Shown here: in pieces, positions 39,185-48,284 of the stretch
Position numbering within the stretch: position 1 is the stretch's first letter
How the letters are laid out: every line of letters starts with the position of its first letter
NCBI GenBank assembly: GCA_040901675.1
Contig: JBBDYJ010000010.1
Span: 266,599 to 330,598 of the forward strand
Reading direction: 5' to 3'
DNA: 64,000 nt
Source of the DNA: Pirellulales bacterium
GTDB lineage: Bacteria; Planctomycetota; Planctomycetia; Pirellulales; JAICIG01
Made by a program: the position numbers and the translations under genes
The notes under the pieces: model-generated
What the model saw: only the letters and a program-made list of their open reading frames with translations
The model's database searches: none
Told to the model about the DNA's origin: nothing

Positions 39185-41560
39185 ATGGCTACGTTGAAAC
39201 GAGTGCGGCCCGCCCTGCTGCCCTGCTGTATTCTGGCCGGTTGCGCGGTTGTAGCGCTATCCGGGCCCGGCTGCACTTCGAGCAAGTCGACGACCGCCGG
39301 CGCGGACGCTCCACGCACGGCCGACGAAGTGCTCAAGCGGATGGTCAGCGCTTACCGCGGCGCCAAGAGCTACTCGGACGTCGGCCGCCTGCGCATCCAG
39401 TTCAAGGGCGCCGAGAACCGCGTGGACGAGACGGTCGATTTCGCCGTCTCGCTGGTCCGCCCCAACAAGATCCGCCTGAACGTCTACCAGGCCGAGGTCG
39501 CCTGCGACGGCACCCGCCTGCAGGCCAAGCTGGCCGACCTGCCTGGGCAAATCCTCGATCGTCCGGCCCCGGAGGAGCTGACCCTCTCCGACTTGTACGA
39601 CCTGCCGATCCTGGGCGACGTGCTCACGCAGGGCATCGCCGGCGCCAGCGTGCAGGTGGCTTTGCTGCTGGACGAGGCGGCCCTGGACCACGTGCTCCAG
39701 AACGCCGAGAAACCGAAGCTCTTGGCTGCCAAGGAAGTCCATGGCGATCTCTGCCACCGTGTGGAAGTGAATCGCCCCGAAGGCGTGCTGGTGCTTTGGA
39801 TCGATCAGAAGACCTATGTGGTGCGCAGGCTGGAGTATCCCACCGACGACCTGCGCCGGCACCTGAAGCAGGAATTCGGCGACGTGACCGGGCTGTCGTT
39901 GGTGGCCGACTTGAAAGCCGCCCGCCTGGACTCCGAAGTGGCGGCCCGCAGTTTTTCGTTGGACGTGCCCCGCGACGCAAGGCTGGTCGGGCAGCTCAAC
40001 CTGCTCGAGCCGCCTTCCCCTTTGTTGGGCAGGCAGGTTGACGATTTCCGTTTCACGGGCTTGGACGGCGAGCCGATCACGCGCCAGAGCCTGTCGGGCA
40101 GGATCGCCGTGATCGACTTCTGGAACACCGCGTCCGAATGGTGCCTCAAGGATCTACCGAACCTGGACCACGTCTACAACGATCGCAAGAGCGACGGCAA
40201 GATCGCCTTTCTGGCCGTGAGCATCGACGACGCCAAGGTCAGCGACCGCGAGTTGACCGAGACGTTGCGGCGCGCCGGCGTCTCGCTGCCGATCGCCCGC
40301 AATGCCGGCGACTCGGCCCGCGACGCCTTCGACGTCCAGGGCGTGCCGACCATCGTGATCCTCGGTGCCGATGGGCGGGTGCAGGACTATATCAAGGGCT
40401 ACAAGCCTGAGCTTGCCAGCGAGTTGCCCCGCAAGCTCGACAAGCTGCTGTCGGGCGCCGAGCTTTTTGAGGAAACGATCAGGCAGTACGAATCCCTGAC
40501 CGCGACGGCTTCGGAGGCCGAGATCCCGCGGGCCGAGATTGCCGAGCGCGGTGAGCCCTCGGCACTGGAGCTGGCCGCCCTGTGGACTTGCGACAAGTTG
40601 AAGAAGCCGGGCAACGTGCTGGCGCTCGAGCGTGGCGATGGCGGCACGCGGCTGGTCCTGCTCGACGGCTGGCGCGCCGTGTCCGAGCTGGACGCGCGGG
40701 GCGACGTCGTCCGCGCGCTGGAGCTGCCGCTGCCCGCCGGTCCCGAAGAAGCGGTCGTGAGCTATCTACGCACGGCGACCGATAGCGCCGGCAAACGCTT
40801 CTTTGTCGCCTCGGGGCCCAGCCAGCAGCAACTCCACGTTTTTGACGACCAGTGGAAACTGCTCCGCAGCTTCCCGCCGGAAGGAAAGCACGCGGGCATT
40901 TCCGATGTTCAGCTTGCCGATTTGGACGCCGATGGTCAGCCCGAGATCCTGGTCGGCTATTGGGGCGTCGTGGGCGTCCACAGCGTTTCACTCGAAGGCA
41001 GCCGGCGATGGGCCGCCCGCCGCTCGCTCGAAAGCGTGTTGCGGTTGGCCGTCACAGGCCCCGATGCCGATGGCCGTCGCCGGCTGTTGGCGGCCCATAT
41101 CCAGGGCTCGCTCTTGCCGATCGACTTCGACGGGCTGCCAGGGCAAGCCATCCAGGTGCCCAACCGCTTCCTCCGGTCGATCTATGCCGCCGACCTCGAC
41201 GGCGACGGGCAGGTGGAGCTCGCGGCGATCGCTTTTACCGGGCCCGGCCATGAGCAATTGATCGGCCTCAGCCAGGCGGGCTCCGAGCTTTGGAGCTATC
41301 CCTTGCCCGAGGGCGTTCAGCCGAATCCGGCCCTGGAAATGTTGACCTGGGGCCGACTGGCCGATGGCGACCCCGCTTGCTGGGTGGTGGCCAGCCCAGA
41401 TGGCTCGATTCATTTCCTCACCGCCCATGGGACCTTGGTCGACCGGTTCAACTACGGTTCCATCATCAACGGCCTGGCTGTAGCGCCCCTCGATGGCCAG
41501 CCCGCGCTGATCGTTTCCGCCGCCGGTCGAGTCGAAGCCTGGCGGATCGAGCCGAAGTAG
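39185..41560 (+). CDS. Probable lipoprotein: LolA/DUF2092-like + TlpA-like redoxin + FG-GAP propeller
   Basis: SGPGC lipobox-like; YRGAKSYSD; DFWNTASEWC...GVPT; DLDADG/DLDGDG repeats. Confidence 0.75.
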   Translation: MATLKRVRPALLPCCILAGCAVVALSGPGCTSSKSTTAGADAPRTADEVLKRMVSAYRGAKSYSDVGRLRIQFKGAENRVDETVDFAVSLVRPNKIRLNVYQAEVACDGTRLQAKLADLPGQILDRPAPEELTLSDLYDLPILGDVLTQGIAGASVQVALLLDEAALDHVLQNAEKPKLLAAKEVHGDLCHRVEVNRPEGVLVLWIDQKTYVVRRLEYPTDDLRRHLKQEFGDVTGLSLVADLKAARLDSEVAARSFSLDVPRDARLVGQLNLLEPPSPLLGRQVDDFRFTGLDGEPITRQSLSGRIAVIDFWNTASEWCLKDLPNLDHVYNDRKSDGKIAFLAVSIDDAKVSDRELTETLRRAGVSLPIARNAGDSARDAFDVQGVPTIVILGADGRVQDYIKGYKPELASELPRKLDKLLSGAELFEETIRQYESLTATASEAEIPRAEIAERGEPSALELAALWTCDKLKKPGNVLALERGDGGTRLVLLDGWRAVSELDARGDVVRALELPLPAGPEEAVVSYLRTATDSAGKRFFVASGPSQQQLHVFDDQWKLLRSFPPEGKHAGISDVQLADLDADGQPEILVGYWGVVGVHSVSLEGSRRWAARRSLESVLRLAVTGPDADGRRRLLAAHIQGSLLPIDFDGLPGQAIQVPNRFLRSIYAADLDGDGQVELAAIAFTGPGHEQLIGLSQAGSELWSYPLPEGVQPNPALEMLTWGRLADGDPACWVVASPDGSIHFLTAHGTLVDRFNYGSIINGLAVAPLDGQPALIVSAAGRVEAWRIEPK

Positions 41561-41569
41561 AGCGGCCGG

Positions 41570-42343
41570 TTACTCGCCGGCGGCGTGCTCGTAGTTGTCC
41601 ACGCCGGATACGTCCAGCGGCTGGCTGGTTTCCGGCCCGGGCAAGATCCAGATCTCGCCGAACAGCTCGTTCTGCTCGGCCCTGACACCGTGGTGCCGGA
41701 CCAGCTCCAGCACCGCCAGGAAAATGCCGATCAACGTCGATTTGTGCCGGGCAGCCTGAAAAAGCTCGGAAAAAGTCAGGCGGCCGCGGGCCCGGAGCCG
41801 TTCGTGGATCCGCGCCATGTAGACGTGAATCGGCGTCTCGTCGTAAACGATGTTCGAGGCGGCCGTCGACTGGTTGTCGCGGATCACGCGGCCGAAAGCA
41901 CTGACCAGGTCCCACAATTCCAGCTCGTGAATCGGCTGCTCGGCCAGGTTCCGGTCGCGGCCAGGCACGTCGTTGGCCATCCGGCCGAACCGCTCTTGCC
42001 AAGCACGGCTGCGTTCTTCCAGGATGCTGGCGGCGTCCTTGAACTTCTTGTACTCCAGCAGCCGGCGCACCAGCTCCTGCCGCGGATCGTCCAGATCGTC
42101 TTCCTCTTCGCCGCCTCGCGGCAGCACCATCCGCGACTTGATCTCGATCAGCGTGCTGACCATCTCCAGGAAATCGCCCACGCCGTTCACGTCGAGCTGC
42201 TCGATCACCGACAGGTAGTCGAGAAACTGGCTGGTGATCTCGGCGATGGGAATCTCCACGATCTCCAGCTCATGCTTTCGCACCAGGTACAATAGCAGGT
42301 CCAACGGGCCGCGGAATGTATCCAGGTCAACGCGAAAGTTCAT
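41570..42343 (-). CDS. scpA: Segregation and condensation protein A
   Basis: FRGPLDLLLYL...IKSRMVLP...FLAVLEL...Q.ELFGEI. Confidence 0.93.
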   Translation of the reverse strand: MNFRVDLDTFRGPLDLLLYLVRKHELEIVEIPIAEITSQFLDYLSVIEQLDVNGVGDFLEMVSTLIEIKSRMVLPRGGEEEDDLDDPRQELVRRLLEYKKFKDAASILEERSRAWQERFGRMANDVPGRDRNLAEQPIHELELWDLVSAFGRVIRDNQSTAASNIVYDETPIHVYMARIHERLRARGRLTFSELFQAARHKSTLIGIFLAVLELVRHHGVRAEQNELFGEIWILPGPETSQPLDVSGVDNYEHAAGE

Positions 42344-42634
42344 GGCGGGACGCGGGGGCCGAGGGTTTGGGACCAGCGAAACGTCGGCGTAGCCAACCAG
42401 GCCAATCCGGCGGGCAGGCTACACCCAGGCTTCGCTCAGGCCATACTAAAGCGGGCGGGCGGCCCCGGCCAGCGGGCAGATCTTTGAACCCGGTACGCCG
42501 CGCGAGGCCGGAATGACCGCTATGGATGATTCGACCTGCCCCATTTGCCGACTTGAACCTACTTGAAGGGTTGCCGTAAAGTGTTGCCAGGGCGGACTTA
42601 GCAAAGCCGGCCGCCACCTGGGGGCACCATCCGC

Positions 42635-43201
42635 ATGGGAGCAGCAATTTTGAAATACGAACAACTCTGGGCGCCCTGGCGCTTGGGATACATCAAGGGC
42701 CAGCGGCCCGCGCCGGACAGTTTGCCCTACGTCAAGCTGCCCGAGGGGGCCGACCCCGACTGCTTTCTCTGCCGGGCCGCGGCCGGCACGGCGGACCGCG
42801 AGAACCTGGTCGTGGCACGAGGGGAGCACACGCTGGTGATCCTGAACCGCTTTCCCTACAACAACGGGCATCTGCTGGTCGCCTCGCGCCGGCACTGTGG
42901 CCGCCTGGAGCAATTGAGCGACGCAGTGCACTTGGAGGCGGCTCGAACCATCGCCCGCATGGTGCAGGTGCTGGAGCAGTCGATGAACGCGGAAGGTTTC
43001 AACGTGGGGCTGAACCTGGGCCGCGTGGCCGGCGCCGGAGTGCCGGGGCATTTGCACTGGCACCTCGTGCCCCGCTGGGCCGGCGATACGAACTTCATGC
43101 CCGTGCTCGGCTCGGTGAACGTGATACCGCAGTCGCTCGACGCCTTGTGGGAGCTGCTGACCGAGGCGCTGGCCGGCACCGGCGGCGAGGCGTCGCCATG
43201 A
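42635..43201 (+). CDS. HIT-family Ap4A phosphorylase/hydrolase
   Basis: LWAPWR, CFLC, NRFPYNNGH, HLHWHLVPRW. Confidence 0.9.
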   Translation: MGAAILKYEQLWAPWRLGYIKGQRPAPDSLPYVKLPEGADPDCFLCRAAAGTADRENLVVARGEHTLVILNRFPYNNGHLLVASRRHCGRLEQLSDAVHLEAARTIARMVQVLEQSMNAEGFNVGLNLGRVAGAGVPGHLHWHLVPRWAGDTNFMPVLGSVNVIPQSLDALWELLTEALAGTGGEASP

Positions 43202-43262
43202 CGACATCTTGGGCCTGGCCACACACCTTTTCCGTCGTGCGGGTGGAACCGAGCGGGGGGTC

Positions 43263-43271
43263 TGCTAAAAT
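43263..43271 (+). promoter_or_regulatory. Extended -10 promoter candidate
   Basis: TGcTAAAAT in the intergenic region upstream of the PIN/TRAM gene. Confidence 0.4.
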
Positions 43272-43392
43272 GAGCGTTTGCCTCATGACTCCAGTCGATT
43301 GGATGCACCCTCATCAACCTGGCGGTTTCGGGCCCGGCCAATTCGGCGCGGCTGACCATTCAGTGCAGGGCCAGTAAGGGGTAGATTACGAG

Positions 43393-44412
43393 ATGGCTCT
43401 CATCGTCCTGCGCTGTATTTTCTTCATGGTGGCGATCGGTCTGGGGGCATTCCTCATCCAATCCGATGCGATGCCGCGCGAACCGGCCTGGGTCCCTTGG
43501 GCCGTGCTGGGCGGTATTTTGCTGCTGTCGGCGGCGGTGGTGGCCCTGGACATCCTGGTGCCCCGAAAGCAGTTGGACATCATTTCGTCCGTCTATTTCG
43601 GCCTGGTCGTGGGCTTGTTCCTGGCCTACGTGGTGCACCTGGCATTGACCCCCCTGCCGATGGATCCCTGGGGCCGCTCGGGGTTGAACCTGGTGATTGC
43701 CCTGGTGCTCTGTTACACCTGCATCAGCCTGCTGATGCAGACGCGGAACGACTTTCGATTCATCATCCCCTACGTCGAGTTCTCCAAGGAGGTCAAGGGG
43801 CTGAAGCCGTACGTGCTGGACACCAGCGTGGTCATCGACGGGCGGATTGCCGACGTGGTCGAGACCAAGGTGCTGGACAGCCAGTTGATCATGCCGCGGT
43901 TCGTGCTGAGCGAACTGCAGGCCATCGCGGACAGCTCGGACCGCCTGCGCCGCAGCCGGGGCCGGCGGGGCCTCGACATCCTGAACCGGCTGCGCTCCAA
44001 CAGCGCAGTCGATATGGAAATCTACGATCGCAACCTGCCCGAGTTCGAAGGGCAGCCGGTCGACCTGAAGCTGGTGATGCTGGCCAAGCACCTGGAAGGC
44101 AAAGTGGTCACCAACGACTACAACCTCAACAAGGTGGCCCGGCTGCACGGCGTCGACGTCATCAACCTGAACGACCTGGCCAACGCCTTGAAACCGGTGT
44201 TCCTGCCCGGTGAAAGCCTGGAAGTGTATATCGTCAAGCCGGGCGAAGAAGCCGGCCAGGGCGTGGGATACCTGGACGACGGCACGATGATCGTCGTCGA
44301 GGGCGGGCGGGAGTACATCGGCAAGACCGTCCGAATTGCCGTGACCAGCGTCCTGCAGACCAGTGCCGGCCGCATGATCTTCGGCCGCTACGACGGGCCC
44401 AAAGGCTCCTAG
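43393..44412 (+). CDS. Membrane PIN/TRAM domain protein (YacL family)
   Basis: 4 TMs, LDTSVVIDGRI, RGRRGLDIL, TNDYNLNKVA, LDDGTMIVVE. Confidence 0.92.
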   Translation: MALIVLRCIFFMVAIGLGAFLIQSDAMPREPAWVPWAVLGGILLLSAAVVALDILVPRKQLDIISSVYFGLVVGLFLAYVVHLALTPLPMDPWGRSGLNLVIALVLCYTCISLLMQTRNDFRFIIPYVEFSKEVKGLKPYVLDTSVVIDGRIADVVETKVLDSQLIMPRFVLSELQAIADSSDRLRRSRGRRGLDILNRLRSNSAVDMEIYDRNLPEFEGQPVDLKLVMLAKHLEGKVVTNDYNLNKVARLHGVDVINLNDLANALKPVFLPGESLEVYIVKPGEEAGQGVGYLDDGTMIVVEGGREYIGKTVRIAVTSVLQTSAGRMIFGRYDGPKGS

Positions 44413-44479
44413 CTGGCAAGGCAGAAGGAGGAAGGAGCAAGGAGGAATAGAACAGATTCTGCCTTCATCCTTCTGGCTT

Positions 44480-46456
44480 CTACATTTTTTCCACGACTTC
44501 GATACCCAGCAGCTCCAGCCCTTGCTTCAGCGTGCGGGCGGCCAGGTCGCACAACAAGAGCCGGCTGTCGCGCGTCGCCTCGTCGGGAGCCTTGAGAACC
44601 GGGCACTGCTCGAAGAATGTCGAGTAGGCGTTGGCCAGGTCGAACAGGTAGGTCGTCAGTTGGTTGGGCCGGTAGTCGGCCACGGTGAATTCCAGCGCCT
44701 CGGCGAACCGCAACAGGCCCATGGCCAGGGCCCGTTCGGCCGGGTGGCCCAGCCGGATCGACCCTCGCCGGCGGAGACTTTCGACGTCGATCTCGCCGCG
44801 ACGGAAAATGCTCCGCACCCGCGCATAGGCATATTGCATGTACGTGGCCGTATTACCGTTCATGGCCAGCATCTTCTCGTAGCTGAACACGTAATCGCTG
44901 GTGCGGTTTTGCGACAAGTCGGCGTACTTCAGCGCGGCGATCCCCACTACTTCGGCGATCCGCCGCCGCTGGTCGGCCGGCAGCTCGCGTGATTCGTCGT
45001 TGCGCTCGATCACCTGCTCCGCTCGAGCCACCGCCTCGTCGAGCAGGCTCGTCAGTCCCACCGTGTCGCCCGAGCGGGTCTTGAAGGGCCGGCCGTCCTC
45101 GCCCAGCACCGTGCCGAAGCTCACGTGCCGCAACTCGACCTGGTCATAGCCCCACTGCCTCGCGGCGGCAAAGAGCTGCTTGAAGTGCTCGCTCTGGCGG
45201 TGATCGACGACGTACAAGATCGCGTCGGGCGACCAGGTTTCCATCCGGTACTGAATGGTGGCCAGGTCGCTGGTCGAATAGAGAAACGCGCCGTCGCGTT
45301 TGCGCACGATCATGGGCGTCGGGCTGTCTTCGAAAAACACGCACAGCGCCCCCTCGCTCTCGCGGGCGATGCCACGCCGCTTGAGATCCTCGACCACCTT
45401 CTCCAATCGATCCTGGTAAAAGCTCTCGCCCAGCACGTGGTCGAACGAAACTCCCAGCCGCCGGTAGACCTGCTCGATCGCCTCCATGCACGGGCCCATG
45501 AAGTCGCGCCACAACTGCCGGCTTTCTTCGTCTCCCGCGTGCAATCGGGCGGTCGCCGCCAGCACCGCCGTGCCGATGTCCGCGTGCTCGGCCGCCAGTT
45601 TCGATAACTCAGGATCCTCCTCGATCAAGGCCTGCCGGGCTTCCAGCTCGTCCAGCTCCGCCCGCGACCGGTCCAGGGCGGCCTGCAGGCGGTCGAGCAC
45701 GCGGGCCGCGGCTTTTTCCGCCTGCGGATCGCCTTGGGCTGCCACGGCCGCCTGCCGTTTCAGGGCTGTCTCGTGCTCGACCACCTCCTTCAAGAGCACC
45801 GCCAGCCGCTCGCGCGCCTCATGGTACCGCACGAGTTGACTCACCAGGCGGTACAGCCTGGCCAACTCCTCGACGGGTTGGCGGCGGTACGCCTGCTCGT
45901 CGCGGAAGTGGCGGTAGCCATAGAGGATCATGCCGAACTGCGTGCCCCAGTCGCCGACGTGGTTGTCGCCGATGACCCGGTGCCCCAGGAACTTCAGGGT
46001 CCGATACAGGCTGTCGCCGATGACGGTCGAGCGGATGTGGCCCACGTGCATCGGCTTGGCGACGTTGGGCGCCGAATAATCGACCACGTACGTCCGCGGC
46101 CGTTCGACCGGCTCGACGGCCAGCCGCGGGCTGGCCAGCGCGGCGGCCAGTTGCGCCTCGAGCCACTCGTCGCGCAGACGGAGGTTGATGAACCCCGGCC
46201 CGGCGATCTGGGCCGGATGGCAGATGTCGTCCAGGCTGACGGCGGCCACGATCTGCGTGGCGACCTCGCGGGGGGCGCGCGACAGCCGCTTGGCCAGGGG
46301 CATGGCGCAGTTGGCCTGGTAATCGCCGAATCGTGGATCCTGGCTGGGCCGGACCTGCTCGGCCAATTCGGCGATGTCCGGCGCCGCGGCGTGCGAGGCG
46401 AGCAACTCGACCAGCGCGGCGCTAAACCGGCGCCTGAGTTCGGAAAGGACGTTCAT
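44480..46456 (-). CDS. argS: Arginine--tRNA ligase
   Basis: GDYQAN, GPGFIN, PNVAKPMHVGHIRST, GDWGTQFG, YMQYAYAR, C-terminal EKM. Confidence 0.97.
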   Translation of the reverse strand: MNVLSELRRRFSAALVELLASHAAAPDIAELAEQVRPSQDPRFGDYQANCAMPLAKRLSRAPREVATQIVAAVSLDDICHPAQIAGPGFINLRLRDEWLEAQLAAALASPRLAVEPVERPRTYVVDYSAPNVAKPMHVGHIRSTVIGDSLYRTLKFLGHRVIGDNHVGDWGTQFGMILYGYRHFRDEQAYRRQPVEELARLYRLVSQLVRYHEARERLAVLLKEVVEHETALKRQAAVAAQGDPQAEKAAARVLDRLQAALDRSRAELDELEARQALIEEDPELSKLAAEHADIGTAVLAATARLHAGDEESRQLWRDFMGPCMEAIEQVYRRLGVSFDHVLGESFYQDRLEKVVEDLKRRGIARESEGALCVFFEDSPTPMIVRKRDGAFLYSTSDLATIQYRMETWSPDAILYVVDHRQSEHFKQLFAAARQWGYDQVELRHVSFGTVLGEDGRPFKTRSGDTVGLTSLLDEAVARAEQVIERNDESRELPADQRRRIAEVVGIAALKYADLSQNRTSDYVFSYEKMLAMNGNTATYMQYAYARVRSIFRRGEIDVESLRRRGSIRLGHPAERALAMGLLRFAEALEFTVADYRPNQLTTYLFDLANAYSTFFEQCPVLKAPDEATRDSRLLLCDLAARTLKQGLELLGIEVVEKM

Positions 46457-46471
46457 TGAGGGACGGCCGCT

Positions 46472-46909
46472 TCAAGAGCCGAGGTGCAAACGGCCCGGGC
46501 CGCTGCCGTCCGGCAGGTCGAGCGGCACCCGCTTGGCTTCACACCACAGGTCTTCCAGAGCGTAATACTCGCGGGCTTCGGGGTCCAGCAGGTGGATGAC
46601 GACGTCGCCGTAATCGAGCAGGATCCAGCGGCTGTCTTCGTAGCCTTCGATTCCCAGCCGCCGGTCGCCCAGGTCATCCTCCAGCTTGTGGTCGATCTCC
46701 TCGCTCATGGCGTGCAACTGGCGCCGGCTGGTGCCGGTGGCCAGCACGAAGTAGTCGAAGACCGGCGTAATCTCCCGCATATCGAGCACCACGACGTCGC
46801 GGCCTCGATTGTCGGCGGCCGTCCGGGCGGCGGCCACCGCAAGTTCGAGTGAACGACCTGACTGTGCCGCCGAGCTACGAGCGCCGATGCTGGAAATCGC
46901 CACGAGCAA
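46472..46909 (-). CDS. rsfS: Ribosome silencing factor (Iojap); start uncertain
   Basis: DYFVLATGTSRRQ, WILLDYGDVVIH, REYYALEDLW. Confidence 0.93.
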   Translation of the reverse strand: MLVAISSIGARSSAAQSGRSLELAVAAARTAADNRGRDVVVLDMREITPVFDYFVLATGTSRRQLHAMSEEIDHKLEDDLGDRRLGIEGYEDSRWILLDYGDVVIHLLDPEAREYYALEDLWCEAKRVPLDLPDGSGPGRLHLGS

Positions 46910-47175
46910 GACCTCTCAAGTTGGTTGATAGGAACCCCGGCTTCAATTGTACACACCCCAGACAGCCAAGCCAGGGTGCAAGGTTCGCCGGAATTTCCGG
47001 CGCGATATATACTGGCCTGCCCTCCGCGAGAGGCCGCGGGCGGGTTCCGGCGCGGCAGGCGGCTCGCTCGCCGAAACTTGCCGAGCGGGACACTGGTTTG
47101 GGGGGCCGGAATCCGCTATGCTGGTGCCGCCCAGTTGCGCTCGCGTTCCGTTCGACCGCTTGTTGAGGTGGCGTC

Positions 47176-48201
47176 ATGCCGTTCAATCCCGCCGTATTGT
47201 TCGCCCAGGTGGAGGCCGCGCCCGGCGGCCAGGAAAACACGCTGTTGTGGTTCCTGGTGGGCACCCTGCTCATCGGCCTGCTGGTGGTCTTCATCATCGT
47301 CGCCATGATGTACGGCAGCATCTGGTTCCAGGCCTACATGTCCAACGCGCGGGTCAGCATGCTGAGCCTGATCGGCATGAGCCTCCGCCAGGTCAATGCC
47401 CGTGTGATCGTGCAGTCGAAGATCATGGCCATGCAGGCCGGCGTGGGCAACGACCCCGCGACGGGCATCACCACGCGGCGGCTGGAAGCCCATTACCTGG
47501 CGGGCGGAAACGTGCCAGGCGTCATCCGGGCCATCATCGCCGCGCAGCGGGCCGACATCGATCTCGATTTCGACCGGGCCGCGGCCATCGACCTGGCGGG
47601 CCGCGACGTCCTCGAAGCGGTTCAGACCAGCGTCTACCCCAAAGTCATCGATTGTCCCGACCCGCAGAAGTCGAAAAAGTCGACCTTGAGCGCGATCGCC
47701 AAGAACGGCGTCGAGCTGCGGATTCGCGCCCGCGTGACCGTGCGGACCAATCTGAAGCAGCTCATCGGCGGCGCCACCGAGGAGACCGTCATTGCCCGCG
47801 TCGGCGAAGGCATCATTACCTCGATCGGTTCGGCGCAAGACCACTTCCAGGTCATGGAGTCGCCCGATTTGATCAGCAAGGCGGTACTGAACCGCGGGCT
47901 CGATGCGCAGACGGCCTTCGAGATCGTATCGATCGACATCGCCGACATCGACGTGGGCGAGAACATCGGCGCCCGCTTGCAGGCCGACCAGGCCGAGGCC
48001 GATACCCGCGTGGCCCGGGCCAAGGCCGAGGAGCGGCGCGCGGTGGCGATCGCCCGCGAGCAGGACATGAAAGCCAAGACGGCCGAGAACCGCGCCCGCG
48101 TCGTCTTGGCCGAGGCCGAGGTGCCTTTGGCCATGGCCGCCGCCTTCCGCCAGGGCAATTTCTTCAGCCGTGCCACTCCAGGCGGCAACGGAGCCCGGTA
48201 G
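47176..48201 (+). CDS. floA: Flotillin-like protein FloA (YqfA family)
   Basis: [42 protein letters not shown]. Confidence 0.92.
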   Translation: MPFNPAVLFAQVEAAPGGQENTLLWFLVGTLLIGLLVVFIIVAMMYGSIWFQAYMSNARVSMLSLIGMSLRQVNARVIVQSKIMAMQAGVGNDPATGITTRRLEAHYLAGGNVPGVIRAIIAAQRADIDLDFDRAAAIDLAGRDVLEAVQTSVYPKVIDCPDPQKSKKSTLSAIAKNGVELRIRARVTVRTNLKQLIGGATEETVIARVGEGIITSIGSAQDHFQVMESPDLISKAVLNRGLDAQTAFEIVSIDIADIDVGENIGARLQADQAEADTRVARAKAEERRAVAIAREQDMKAKTAENRARVVLAEAEVPLAMAAAFRQGNFFSRATPGGNGAR

Positions 48202-48202
48202 G

Positions 48203-48274
48203 GTTCGTAGTAACCCGTTCGTAGTGACCCCATTTATGGGGTCTGCCGTTCGTAGTGACCGCATGCGTGCGGTC
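48203..48274 (+). repeat. Three tandem GTTCGTAG-tagged REP-like units between convergent floA and tkt
   Basis: 48203 truncated unit; 48217 GACCCCAT-TT-ATGGGGTC; 48248 GACCGC-ATGCGT-GCGGTC. Confidence 0.8.
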
Positions 48275-48284
48275 CGGAGCCTTC

